This document shows positions 35,704 to 48,066 of a stretch of DNA of 64,000 nt, in pieces. Below the pieces are notes generated by a model. It was not told the origin of the DNA and did no database searches. It saw only the letters and a program-made list of their open reading frames with translations. Location of the stretch: the NCBI RefSeq assembly GCF_030684315.1, contig NC_081388.1, positions 23,419,015 to 23,483,014 on the forward strand, in the 5' to 3' direction. The position numbers and the translations under genes were made by a program. Origin of the DNA: Stegostoma tigrinum. Its lineage: Eukaryota. The stretch's first letter is position 1; each line of letters opens with the position of its first letter.

Positions 35704-35775
35704 TCTGACAATGACCTTTAGAATTTGTGAGACAACAAAGGGATTATTTCAGCACCTGACACACATCTCACACGT

Positions 35776-36060
35776 AGAGTGACAGAGGAGTTTGTGATTG
35801 ACATTGTGGTGTTAGAGCCCAAGTCCACTTCAGCCAAGCAGGTGTACTCCTGTCCATCATCTGATAGACTTGCAGTGAAATTGAAGACATTTCTCAACCT
35901 GTTATCTTCATCCGGAAGACCTTGTTTTTCTGCAGAATTTCTCTGAACAATCTCACTCCCTCTCAACCATGTGAGAATGAGTTTGTTGTTTGGGTAGACT
36001 CTTGGTCCGATGCACTGCAGATCATATATTTTGTTGACCTCCAGCACTTCAGGGAGTAAT
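35776..36060 (-). pseudogene. Pseudogene C, Ig domain 2 exon remnant
   Basis: Core matches gene B D2; acceptor cacag changed to cacgg, about 20-nt 5' deletion, QTY|gtaagt end lost; upstream intron resembles that of gene A. Confidence 0.88.
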
Positions 36061-36139
36061 CCGTGAAATATTGTTAAAAGGATTCTTTGGAATAATTTTT
36101 ATGTGAAAACCCCAGTTCTACTCCTCTTTGTTTTGACAT

Positions 36140-36500
36140 TGGGACACAGTGGCCTAGTGGTATTATTCCTGGGCTGTTAATCCAGAGACCCAGTTAGTGT
36201 TCGGGGGGTGCAGGGGGAACCTGGGTTCGAATCCCCCCACAGCAGATGCTTGAATTTGAATTCAATAAATACCTGGAATTAAGAGCCCAATGATGACCAT
36301 GAATCCATTGTCGATTGTTGGAAAAAACCCATCTGCTTCACTAATGTCCTTTCCGGAAGGAAACTGCCCTCCTTACCTGGCCTGGTCTATATGTGACTCC
36401 AGAACCCACAGCAATAGTGTTGACTGCTTACTGCCTTCTGCTGGGATGGGCAATTCAGGATGGGCAATAAATGCTGCCTGGCCAGCGATGAATTTACAAA
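36140..36500 (+). mobile_element. tRNA-derived SINE copy
   Basis: tggcctagtgg A box, gggttcgaatcc B box, conserved core. Confidence 0.8.
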
Positions 36501-37849
36501 AAAAGTTAACTGCAGTGGGTGAGCATCAAGTGAACATGAAGTGCCAGAGAGCTATGACCGCACCATATGACATCATGATTTTGCATCCCTGTACATAGAG
36601 GCTCACGATGGCGATCAAAAGATGAACATGAGTGTGAGGTTATACTTGGAGCACACTCAACCCAAAGGGCCGACAAAGTAAAGCACCAATGTAATCGGAA
36701 AAAATAAAGACCTGAAGTTTAAGGTAGTGGACATTAAACAATATCCATTCAACTCAGCTGGAGCAGGCCCAGAGATTTGTCTAATGACTCTAAACACAGC
36801 AAAAAAGATTTAGAACATTTAACTCTGTGGCCGAGTTGGATTGAAGGGCCTGTTTCTATACTGTATGACTCCATGACTTTATGATTCTATGATTCCAAGC
36901 CATTGACTGCGCGACAGATCTGGAGACTACAAAGAATGTTTTAAAATCTTCCAGGAATTCCCAGTGAATATTATCTCAATGTGGAGCAGAGTGTGAGGGC
37001 AAGGAGACAAGGCAGAAGGGCTCGAAAAGAAAGGAGCAATAGAGGAAGTGACAAACATTACACACTGGGTTAGCAACACAGCTGCTCGAAAGAGCTGAAA
37101 AACCGAGTGCGTTCATAGATCCAAGCGATCTCAATCAATACCCCCATTTCAACCTTTGAGAAAATTTTGCATCACTGCCAAAGCAAAGATGTACGCTAGC
37201 CTGACTGTGAAGCATGGTTACTCATAAGTGAAGCTAGATGAAAACATCAGTTTTCTACTTATGTTCTGATTTGAGATTTCTACCATTCCGAAAGACGTAC
37301 ATGGAATAGTGTAGGTTAGATGGGCTTCAGATCGGTATGACAGGTCAGCATAACATCGAGGCCAAAGGGCCTGTACTGTGCTGTAATGTAAATAAAAGTG
37401 TCATCACAGACAGGCCCACAAACAACATACTGGGACAATGTAAACTTCACAACCTTAATAACTGCTCATGTATTGAAAGAATCAGAAATACCTCTTTCTA
37501 GAATTAGTTGTTTCTTGAGATGAAAGCAGTAAGGAGCAGCTGTTAATAAGAGATTTTAAAGCACACACGAGTTAATCATGTCTGGGATGAAACATTACCG
37601 ATCTGTTTCCTGGGAGAGAGGAGAAAACAGCGACTTCATAAGCTGCTGCCCTCCTCGTCACTAATGGGCAGTTAGGCCTGCCTGGGAAGTAATATTCAGA
37701 AGGAAAGTGGTTAATTGCAGGAAAAACTGACACCAAATGATAAGAAGGCAAGCGACAGACTTGAGGTCTCCAGGAAATAATCAATGTTTGGGATGATAGA
37801 ATCTATTTAATCAAGAAGTGCATCACACCACAAACTGAATAGCAAGAGG

Positions 37850-38150
37850 CTTTTTCCCAGAGTGGGGGACTCAATTACCAGGGGTCATGAGTTCAAAGTG
37901 AGAGGAGGAAAGTTTAGGGGAGATATGCATGGAAAGTTTACACAGAGGGCGGTGGGTGCTTGGAACGCGTTGCTAGCGGAGGTGGTAGACACAGACACGT
38001 TAGTGTCTTGAAGATATATTTGGACAGGTACATGGATGGGCAGGGAGCAAATGGACACAGACCGTTAGAAAATAGATGACGGGTTAGACAGAGGATCTTG
38101 ATCGGCGCAGGCTTGGAGGGCCAAAGGGCCTGTTCCTGTGCTGTAGGTTT
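37850..38150 (+). mobile_element. CR1 LINE 3' end
   Basis: Similar to 54530-54830; ends in tttctttg repeats. Confidence 0.8.
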
Positions 38151-38949
38151 CTTTGTTTCTTTGTTTCTTTCTTTGAAAAGATTAGAAAATTTTACAAGAA
38201 CACGTCCGCAGCAGATCTTTGAAGAATTGCACTGCCCAAGGATCGAACCCTGGACACTGTTGGCGAAGTCCTGGCCAGATTCCATCATGAATCAGGTAAG
38301 TGCCAGTTTAAGGTTATGAGACTTAACTTGTTTACTTGAGGTTGCTACATGCAAGAAGGTTTAAATCATTGTTTCAGAACTTCATTTTCACTCAGATTTC
38401 TTAATAAATGGTTGAATTCAAGGTAATTTGTAGGGATTTACCTGAAACAGTGCACAACTAGAAGTACAGCCAACAACAGCAGAAATGCATATCATGAGCA
38501 AATCTCCACAATTTGAAAACATACAATTCACGCGCAGAGATTGATGAAAGTAGAACTGACTGTACTTACCACAGGGTTTTGTAAATGAATGAGATTACAC
38601 TTTGTGTCTGTGTTTTTTAGGTAATTTGTGTAACTTACAATTGCAGATGATGGAGCTTCTTTTTAAGAGAAGAGGCCGTCCTGGAGAGATACGCTAGCTA
38701 GCATGCAGTCATCATGCGACCTTCCCCACCACTCTAAGTGCTGTTGTGGACAGTCTGTGAAAGCAAACCTGGAAGTGGCAATGATATTTGTTCCTTGTCA
38801 TTTATTCTTCCTCGTTACAAGTTGCATTGATTTCTCTAATTCTAATTCTAATTTGACTTGAATACTTGTCAGTCTGCACAGACCTAAAACTGCTAACATC
38901 GCTACTGACGTGATTACAAATACCTTTCAACTATTTAAGTAAGACATTA

Positions 38950-40170
38950 AGGAAAAGCCAGGGAACTATACACCAGTGAGCCTGACATCAATAGTGTGCA
39001 AGTTGTTGGAGGAGGTTCTGAGGGACAGGATTTACATTTATTGGAAAGGCAAGGACTGGTTAGGGGCAGTCAGCATGGCTTTATGTGTGGGGAATCGCCC
39101 CTCACTAACTTGATTCAGTTTTTTGAAGAAGTAACAAGCAGGATGGGGGATGTGATCTGTGTGGACTTCAGTAAGCCATTTGTCGAGGTAGTAGATGGTA
39201 GACTGGTCAGCAAGGTTGGATCACATGGATCACAGGGAGAACCAAGCATTTGGATACAGAACCGGTTCATAGGTAGAGGACAGTTGGGGGTGGTGGAAGG
39301 TTGCTTTCAGGCTGGAGGCCTGTCACCAGCGGTGTGCCATGTGGGTCGGTGCTGGGTCCACTGCTTTTTGTCATTTATATAAATAATTTGGATGAGAACC
39401 TGGGAAATATGGTTAGTGAGTTTGCAGATGACACCAGCATTGGAGGTGTAGTGGACAGCGAAGAAGGTTACCTCAGAGTACAACAGGATCTTGATCAGGT
39501 GGGCCAATGGACCGAGAAGTGGCAGATGGAGTTTCATTTAGATAAATAAGAGGCGCTGCATTTTGGAAAGGAACATCAGGGCAGGACTTATACACTTACT
39601 GGTTAGGTCCTGGGGGGTGTTACTGAATAAAGAGACCTCGGAGTGCTGGCTCATAGTTCCTTGAAAGTGGAGTTGCAGGTAAACAGGATAGTGGAGAAGG
39701 CATTTGGTATGCTTGCCTTTATTGGTCAGTGCATTGGGTATAGGAGTTGGGAGGACATGTTGTAGCTGTACAGGACGTCGGTTAGGCCACTTTTGGAATA
39801 CTGTGTGTAATTCTGGTCTCCCTGCAATAGGAAAGATGTTCTGAAACTTGAAAGGGTTCAGAAAAGATTTACAAGGATGTTTCCACGGCTAGAGCTACAG
39901 GGAGAGGCTAAATAGGCTGTCGCTATTTTCCCTGGAGTATCGGGGGCTGAGGGGTGACCTACAGAGGTTTATAAAATTATGAGGGGCATGGAGAGGGTTA
40001 ATAGACAAGGCTTTTCCGCAGAGTAGAGGAGTCCAAAACTCGAGGCATTGGTTTAAGGAGAGAGGGAAAAGATTTAAAGGGACCTAAGGGGCAACTTTTT
40101 CACATGTAGGAATGAGCTGCCAGAGGAAGTGGTGGAGGCTGGTATAATTACAACATTTAAAAGGCATCTT
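38950..40170 (+). mobile_element. Degenerate CR1 LINE RT and 3' region
   Basis: [22 protein letters not shown] with frameshifts and stops. Confidence 0.9.
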
Positions 40171-40544
40171 CCCAAACAATTTTTTCCCTTTATTTGCACA
40201 AATTGAAGACACCATGTCTGTTTCCATTGGCTCTTATTTTAAACTAAAATAGATAAAATTATTTGCCCCTTTCAATTAAAGTTTCCACTGTGTGCTTGAA
40301 CAGGCAACTTGTATCAAGTTATTTAATGAATCCCAGTTTCAGAAACAATTGTGTTCAGGCTAGGTGGTTTTAAACAGTGTTTTTACTCTGGGGATTGAAA
40401 TGATCGCAGTCAGTTCAGCATTGTCCTGTTTTCAGAGACTTTGTCTCAGCAGAATTCTCACTGTCGTCATGAACTTGTTTAAAAACATAAAATCAAAATC
40501 CACTATGGCTCCGGAGGAGACTCAATGAGTTACTAACTTTTTAA

Positions 40545-40870
40545 ATTCATTCATCATGACAGGGCATGGCTGACCAGGGCAGCTTTTATTGCCTATCCCT
40601 AATTACCCAGAGGGCAGCTAAGAGCCGCCCACGTTGCCCACAGACCAGGTAAGGGTGGCAGTTTCCTTCCCTAAAGGACATTAGTGATCGAGATAGGGTT
40701 TTCTGATAATCGACAATGAATTCATGGTCACTGTTAGATTTTTAATTCCAGACTTTTATTTAATTCGAATTCCATCACCTGCCATGGCAGGATTTGAATC
40801 CAGGTCCCAGAATGTCACCTGGCTCTCTGGATTAACAGTTGAACAATAATACGATTAGCTTGTCACCTCC
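40545..40870 (-). mobile_element. tRNA-derived SINE copy
   Basis: Reverse complement of the SINE core. Confidence 0.7.
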
Positions 40871-41599
40871 CAAAACATATATGTAAATTTAGAAATTCGA
40901 AATGTATCCTGTCCAAAATCTCACATCTAGCCACACAGAAGCTGTAGGATAAGATCAAAATAAACTGTCAGCGGAAAGGTTTAACGCTTTACTGTTCTAA
41001 GCAGGTGCCAGGCCCAACTCACCACAAGATATTATGTTGTACTTTCATCCACTCTGTTTAAAAACAAAACTGTTGCAAACTCCTGGACTGCCTTTTCAAA
41101 TTTTTCATTGCCTTAAGTAAAATACTTTTAATTCTTTGAAGCCCAATATCAAAAAGACAAAACAAATATACATTCTTTTAAATGTAGTCTCAAACTATTC
41201 ATAGAAAAAAATCACCTTTAATCACATTCAATCAAAGAAAATTTGCATTGTTGCTTCTTTCAGCCCACTCCCAGTTTTATGAAAGTCTTCTGTTGAATGT
41301 AAGGCATGGTGTGATTGTAACAGACATGGGAAACCTCGGTGATGACAATCCTGTTTTCAGATGGGGCTTCTGTACCTTCAGTGGCAGTGCAGGACGTGTG
41401 CAGAATGTTCATCTCTTCCTTCACTGTGCCTTACGATCTTGCTCCTTCACCCTCCGCTTCCTGCTCCCAAGGGACATTGCCCATTGGCTCTGTGTAACAG
41501 TGGAACAGTGGGGGAGATCACACAACAACGTTCCCAAATCCATGTGATATGTTTAATAGGCACTTTCTCATCTCTTTGACAATCATTACTTCCCCTGGA

Positions 41600-43094
41600 T
41601 AGGAACTGCAGGTGCTGGAGAATCTGAGATAACAAGGTGTAGAGCTGGATGGACACAGCAGGCCAAGCAGCATCAGAGGAGCAGGAAGGCTGATGTTTCA
41701 GGCCTAGACCCTTCTTCAGAAATGGGGGAGGGGAAGGGGGTTCTAAAATAAATAGGGAGAGAGGGGGAGGTGGATAGAAGATGGATAGAGGAGAAGATAG
41801 GTGGAGAGGGGACAGACAGGTCAAAGAGGTGGGGATGGAGCCAGTAAAGGTGAGTGTAGGTGGGGAGTTAGGAAGGAGATAGGTCAGTCCAGTGAGGATG
41901 GACAGGCAAAGGGGGCGGGATGAGGCTGGTAGGTAGGAGATGGGGGTGGGGGATGAGGTGAGAGGAGGGTATATGTGAGAGGAAGAACAGGTTAGGGAGG
42001 CGGGGACGTGCTGGGCTGGTTTTGGGATGCGGTGGGGGGAGGGTCGAGCTGGACTGGTTTTGGGATGCAGTGGGGGAAGGGGAGATTTTGAAGCTGGTGA
42101 AGTCCACATTGATACCATTGGGCTGCAGGGTTCCCAGGCAGAATATGAGTTGCTGTTCCTGCAACCTTCGGGTGGCATCATTGTGGCACTGCAGGAGGCC
42201 CATGATGGACATGTCATCTAAAGAATGGGAGGGGGAGTGGAAATGGTTCGCGACTGGGAGGTGCAGTTATTTATTGCAAACCAAGCGGAGGTGTTCTGCA
42301 AAGCAGTCCCCAAGCCTCCACTTGGTTTCCCCAATGTAGAGGAAGCCACACTGGGTACAGCGAATGCAGTATACCACATTGGCAGATGTGCTGGTTAACA
42401 TCTGCTTGATATGGAAGGTCATCTTGGGGCCTGGGATGGGGGTGAGGGAGGAGGTGTGGGGGCAAGTGTAGCACTTCCTGCGGTTGCAGGGGAAGCTGTC
42501 GGGTGTGGTGGGGTTGGAGGGGAGTGTGGAGCAGACAAGGGAGCCACGGAGAGAGTGGTCTCTCCGGAAGGCAGACAAGGGTGGGGATGGAAAAATGTCT
42601 TTGGTGGTGGGGCCGGATTGTAGATGGCGGAAGTGTCGGAGGATGATACATTGTATCCGGAGGTTGGTGGGATGGTGTGTGAGAACGAGGGGGATTCTCT
42701 TTTGGCGTTACTGCGGGAATGGGCTGTGGGGGATGAGGTGTGGGAAATGTGGGAGACACGGTCTAGGACGTTCTCGACCACTGTGGGTGGGACCTTGCGG
42801 TCCTTGAACAACGAGGATATCTGAGATGTACGGGAGTGGAATGCCTCATCCTGGGAGCAGATGCTGCAGAGGTGAAGCAATTGGGAATAGGGGATGGCAT
42901 TTTTGCAGGAAAGTGGGTGGGAGGAGGTGTATTCTAGGCAGCTGTGGAGTCGGTGGGCTTGAAATGGATATCAGTTTCTATATGTTTGCCGGAGATGGAG
43001 ACAGAGAGGTCCAGGAAGGAGAGAGAGGTAGTAGAGATGGCCCAGGTAAACGTAAGGTTGGGGTGGAAGGTGTTGGTGAAGTGGATGAACTGTT
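41600..43094 (-). mobile_element. Penelope-like retroelement 3' half
   Basis: VVYCIRCTQCGFLYIGETK GIY-YIG motif; terminal repeat with hammerhead core at 41692-41719. Confidence 0.92.
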
Positions 43095-43545
43095 CCCTGG
43101 AATAAAAAGCTTAATGTATGAGCTATGTTTGAGGACTCTGGGGCTATACTCATTGGAGTTTAGAAGGATGAGGGGGATCTTATTGAAACTTACAGAATAC
43201 TGAATCCCTGGACAGAGTGGATGTTGGGAAGATGCTTCCATTGGTAGGAGAGCCTAAGACCCTAAGGCACAGCCTTAGAGTAAAGGGAAGACCTTTTTGA
43301 ACGGAGATAAGGAGAAACTTCTTCAGCCAGAGAGTGGTGAATCTATGGAATTCACTGTCACAGAAGGCTGTGGAGGCCAGGTCATTGAGTACATTTAATA
43401 CTGAGATAGACAGGTTCCTGATTATCAAGGGGATCAAGGGTTTTGTGGAGAAAGCAGGAGAAAGAGGTTGAGGAACTTATCAGCCATGATTGAATGGCAG
43501 AGCAGACTTGATGGGCTGAATGGCCTACTTTCTGCTTGTATGCCT
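43095..43545 (+). mobile_element. CR1 LINE 3' end
   Basis: LGLYSLEFRRMRG matches the CR1 ORF2 C-terminus. Confidence 0.85.
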
Positions 43546-43849
43546 TATGATCCACGATCTAAGATTGCTGCTTCCCAACTTCTGTGTGTGTTTTTTAATG
43601 AAGCTGCTGAGATGCAGCATGACTACATCTGGCACATGTAGGCCACCTGGCTCAGAGATGCAGAACACTATCCCTGTGCTACTCGAACCCTTTAGTCTCT
43701 GCAATATCCAGCACCACATCTTGATGTTGGGATTTGAATGTAGCTTTCATCAGGCAAATTCCCAAGGAACTGACTATACGTGTGCCTCTGTTGTCGGTTT
43801 ATGTGCCAAAGCTAAAGAATGCAGCTCTTTTAATGTACCCACAGATGTG

Positions 43850-44175
43850 GGCATTACTGACTGACATTTATCGCCCATCCCCAGTGCTGAGAGGGCAGTT
43901 ACAAGTCAACCATATTGCTGTGGGTCTGGAGTCACATGTGATCCAGACCAGGTAAGGATGGCAGTTTCCTTCCCTAAAGGGCATTAGTGAACCATGGGTT
44001 TTTCCGACAATCGGCAATGGATTCATGGCATCGTTTGACTCTTAATTCCAGATTATGATTGAATTCAAATTCCACAATCTGCTGTGTCAGACATTGACTA
44101 CAGGTCCCCAGAACATCACCTGTCTGGGGTCACTCGATCAACAGTCTCTAGCTGTTCCCACGATGCCATTGCCTG
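43850..44175 (-). mobile_element. tRNA-derived SINE copy
   Basis: Reverse complement of the SINE core. Confidence 0.7.
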
Positions 44176-44287
44176 GTGCTGTCACCTTGGTCACTGCGTT
44201 GATCTGCTGAATGGATGCTCATATGGCTCACTGGCCCGTAACAGATTCTCCTTCAGCTGCCCGATAACAGGCTAATCAGAGAGTTTA

Positions 44288-45489
44288 AGATAATGAAATG
44301 TGAGGCTGGATGAACACAGCAGGCCCAGCAGCATCTCAGGAGCACAAAAGCTGACGTTTCGGGCCTAGACCCTTCATCAGAGAGGGGGATGGGGAGAGGG
44401 TTCTGGAATAAATAGGGAGAGAGGGGAAGGCGGACCGAAGATGGAGAGAAAAGAAGATAGGTGGAGAGGAGAGTATAGGTGGGGAGGTAGGGAGGGGATA
44501 GGTCAGTCCAGGGAAGACGGACAGGTCAAGGGGGTGGGATGAGGTTAGTAGGTAGGAGATGGAGGTGCGGCTTGGGGTGGGAGGAAGGGATGGGTGAGAG
44601 GAAGAACAGGTTAGGGAGGCAGAGACAGGCTGGGCTGGTTTTGGGATGCAGTGGGTGGAGGGGAAGAGCTGGGCTGGTTGTGTGGTGCAGTGGGGGGAGG
44701 GGACGAACTGGGCTGGTTTTGGGATGCGGTGGGGTAAGGGGAGATTTTGAAGCTGGTGAAGTCCACAATGATACCATTGGGCTGCAGGGTTCCCAAGCGG
44801 AATATGAGTTGCTGTTTCTGCAACCTTCGGGTGGCATCATTGTGGCACTGCAGGAGGCCCATGATGGACATGTCATCTAAAGAATGGGAGGGGGAGTGGA
44901 AATGGTTTGCGACTGGGAGGTGCAGTTGTTTATTGCGAACCGAGCGGAGGTGTTCTGCAAAGCGGTCCCCAAGCCTCCGCTTGGTTTCCCCAATGTAGAG
45001 GAAGCCACACCGGGTACAGTGGATGCTGTATACCACATTGGCAGATGTGCAGGTGAACCTCTGCTTAATGTGGAGAGTCATCTTGGGGCCTGGGATAGGG
45101 GTGAGGGAGGAGGTGTGGGGACAAGTGTAGCATTTCCTGCGATTGCAGGGGAAAGTGCCGGGTGTGGTGGGGTTGGAGGGCAGTGTGGAGCGAACAAGGG
45201 AGTCACGGAGAGAGTGGTCTCTCTGGAAAGCAGACAGGGGTGGGAATGGAAAAATGTCTTGGGTGGTGGGGTCGGACATAGGTAGGGAGTTCCTGGACCA
45301 AAGTGGAGAAAATGGAGTCCAGATAGGTGGAGATGAGTTCGGTGGGGCAGGAGCAGGCTGAGACGATGGGTCGACCAGGGCAGGCAGGTTTGTGGATTTT
45401 GGGAAGGAGATAGAAACGGGCCGTGTGGGGTTGGGGAACAATGAGGTTGGAGGCTGTGGGTGGGAGGTCCCCTGAGGTTCCCATTATCA
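44288..45489 (-). mobile_element. Penelope-like retroelement, internally deleted, with 16-bp target site duplication
   Basis: GIY-YIG ORF 44611-45441; ctaatcagagagttta at 44272-44287 and 45490-45505. Confidence 0.93.
44353..44380 (-). ncRNA. Minimal hammerhead ribozyme core in Penelope terminal repeat
   Basis: CUGAUGA-A-GGGU(CUAG)GCCC-GAAA-CG-UC; palindromic ACGU stem III; stem I weak. Confidence 0.7.
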
Positions 45490-46339
45490 CTAATCAGAGA
45501 GTTTATTGGTCAATTCATTTGCTTCAGTCACATCATGATTCCAGGTGAACACAGCTTGAGATTTTCATGTAGTGGTTCCCAGCTTTTAGGAAATGAAACA
45601 TTTTGATGCAAAGTCCCTGAGTGAACCTCAAAGGACTGGTGGTGCTGATAGCCTTTCTGATGGGAGGAATGATGCCTGATTCCTATCTGCCTGCAACCTG
45701 CTGCCCTTCCTCTGCCTGCACAATAGTGATGGAGTCGCTGACCGAGGGGATAAGCCTGATGTGGTCTGTGGGGATATAGGAGCTGGGGAGGGCATTTCTG
45801 TAAATCAGTGGGTGGCCTGAACAAGCAAGAAACAGTGAGAACAGTTAATGCAGGTTTCCACGTGAATCCACGCAAAACAAACATGGGGTTTGCGATAATG
45901 TTTCCAAGGTACAAAAATTGACAAACAAGCACACGCTTGCCATCTTGCAAATTCATATCCCGTTTTATTTCAGTGATAAAGCCAGTTGCTGCATGTTACA
46001 GTGCTATGTGGTGAAGGAGAGAACCCACAGCTAAGTCCTTACAAACTGACAAGCTTTAATTCACAAAGAAAAAAAATCTTGCATTCATATAGCGCCAGAA
46101 TATCTCAAAGTGCTCTCCAGCCAAAGGAGTACTTTTAGTCACTGTTATAACAGAGACATGCCTTACAGTTACAAAAGAGAAGACTCAGTCCTTCACCAAA
46201 GCAATTTATTACCCACTTGAATTCAATTTATTTCATGGACTTTATTACACAATTAATATACTGTAGCTCACAAACCTGATTCGAAATGACCCTAATGCAG
46301 CAATCTCGTGGCAAAACAAGATGTTCATTTTATTTCTTT

Positions 46340-46670
46340 TATTATTCACTCACAGCATGTGAACATCGCTGGCTCGGCCCACACTTATTGCTGTTTAGAG
46401 TCAGCACATTGCTGTGGGTCTAGAGTGACATGTGACCCAGACCAGGTAAGGGATGGCAGTTTCCTTCCCTAAAGGGCATTAGTGAACCAGATCCGTTTAC
46501 CCAAGAATCGACAATGGATTCATGATCTTCAATAGAATCTTAATTCCAGATTTTTTATTGAACTCAATAAAATAAACTGGACAGCAGGGTTTGAATGGAG
46601 GTTCCCAGCATGTTACTGGATCTCTGGATTAACAGCCTAGTGATAACACCATCAAGCCATTGCCTCTATG
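46340..46670 (-). mobile_element. tRNA-derived SINE copy
   Basis: Reverse complement of the SINE core. Confidence 0.7.
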
Positions 46671-47687
46671 TAATGCCGTGTGTTATCTGCATTTGGGGGC
46701 AGGTGAGTGAAAATGAGACCAAATATAGACCGAGGTAATTTCTTCCAAAGTATTTAACATGAGCAGCATCATTGTTAACAGTTCATGCTGTAAACAGTGG
46801 TTTTCTTCCTATTTTCACCATGTCTGTGGTGTTGGGATGATGTAGAAATGAACTTTAGCCCGGATATCCAAAACACACCGTGTTCACGACTTGTCTGCCT
46901 TTCTATCATTTGCCCCTCATTCTCACAATCATTTTGGCCCCTTCTGTGATCTGCCCTGTGTGATCCACTCTGACTGTTGCTGTTTCAGTTTTGGCCTGTC
47001 GTTCACTAATCCTGAAACAGACCTACATCCAGGCAGAAGGATATCATTTCTGCGTAGGGTCAACTCCCTGAAACCACCAAGGCAACTTCTACCCAGTCTT
47101 TTCTCACATGGGAGAGGAAAGGCTTTTTAATTCAATCTATCAGCATTAGATATTTGAGAGTCTGCTATTCATTTACTTTAACAATGAACAGATACAATCG
47201 CCTTAGGTTTTCCAAGAAACTGGAAAGGAAACTTGAAGGAAATGCAGACAGGCTGGATGTCCGTGATCTCAGGGCCAGCAGACATTGATTGAATGTGAAT
47301 TTTGAAAGAACTAACACTGATTTGGGAAAACCTGATGAGTCAGCATGTGATGAAGCTGTGCAGTGTGCTTCCTCAGAATATGAGGGAGGTAGATGTAGTC
47401 ATGGATTTATGAACAGATTTGAACAATTACTGGAAGAAAGACCATTTTCAGGACAACAGGGAAAGGTCAATGTAGTGAGAAGAGCTCAGCTGTTTTTGCA
47501 GGGAATGAGGCCAGATATGATGCTCCTGTGGCTTCCTCCAGTGCTACAAACATTCTTTGCTTCTACTCAATGAGTGTATTATTCCCGACGATTTGAAATT
47601 ATCTGGATGAAGAATTACAGGAAACAACATTCTGTTTTGGAATTTACTCTGCCAGGCTGACTTAAACCTAATCGATCCTGGATATTA

Positions 47688-48066
47688 AAGTGTGGAGCTG
47701 GATGAACACAGCAGGCCAAGCAGCATCTCAGGAGCACAAAAGCTGACGTTTCGGGCCTAGACCCTTCATCAGAGAGGGGGATGGGGAGAGGGAACTGGAA
47801 TAAATAGGGAGAGAGGGGGAGGCGGACCGAAGGTGGAGAGAAAAGAAGATAGGTGGAGAGGAGAGTATAGGTGGGGAGGTAGGGAGGGGATAGGTCAGTC
47901 CAGGGAAGACGGACAGGTCAAGGAGGTGGGATGAGGTTAATAGGTAGGAGATGGAGGTGCGGCTTGGGGTGGGAGGAAGGGATGGGTGAGAGGAAGAACA
48001 GGTTAGGGAGGCAGAGACGGGCTGGGCTGGTTTTTGGGGGAGGGGAGATTTTGAAGCTTGTGAAAT
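47688..48066 (-). mobile_element. Penelope-like element 3' terminal fragment
   Basis: Nearly identical to 44298-44645. Confidence 0.9.
47745..47772 (-). ncRNA. Minimal hammerhead ribozyme core in Penelope terminal repeat
   Basis: Same 28-nt core as 44353-44380. Confidence 0.7.

Noticed and set aside
35716-35772. Phase-0 intron joining pseudo-D2 to the DK-repeat frame
   Set aside because: Only 56 nt with weak sites, below typical vertebrate intron size, and the upstream exon lacks an acceptor
36140-36240. tRNA gene suggested by A and B boxes
   Set aside because: It is the head of a multi-copy SINE; no complete cloverleaf
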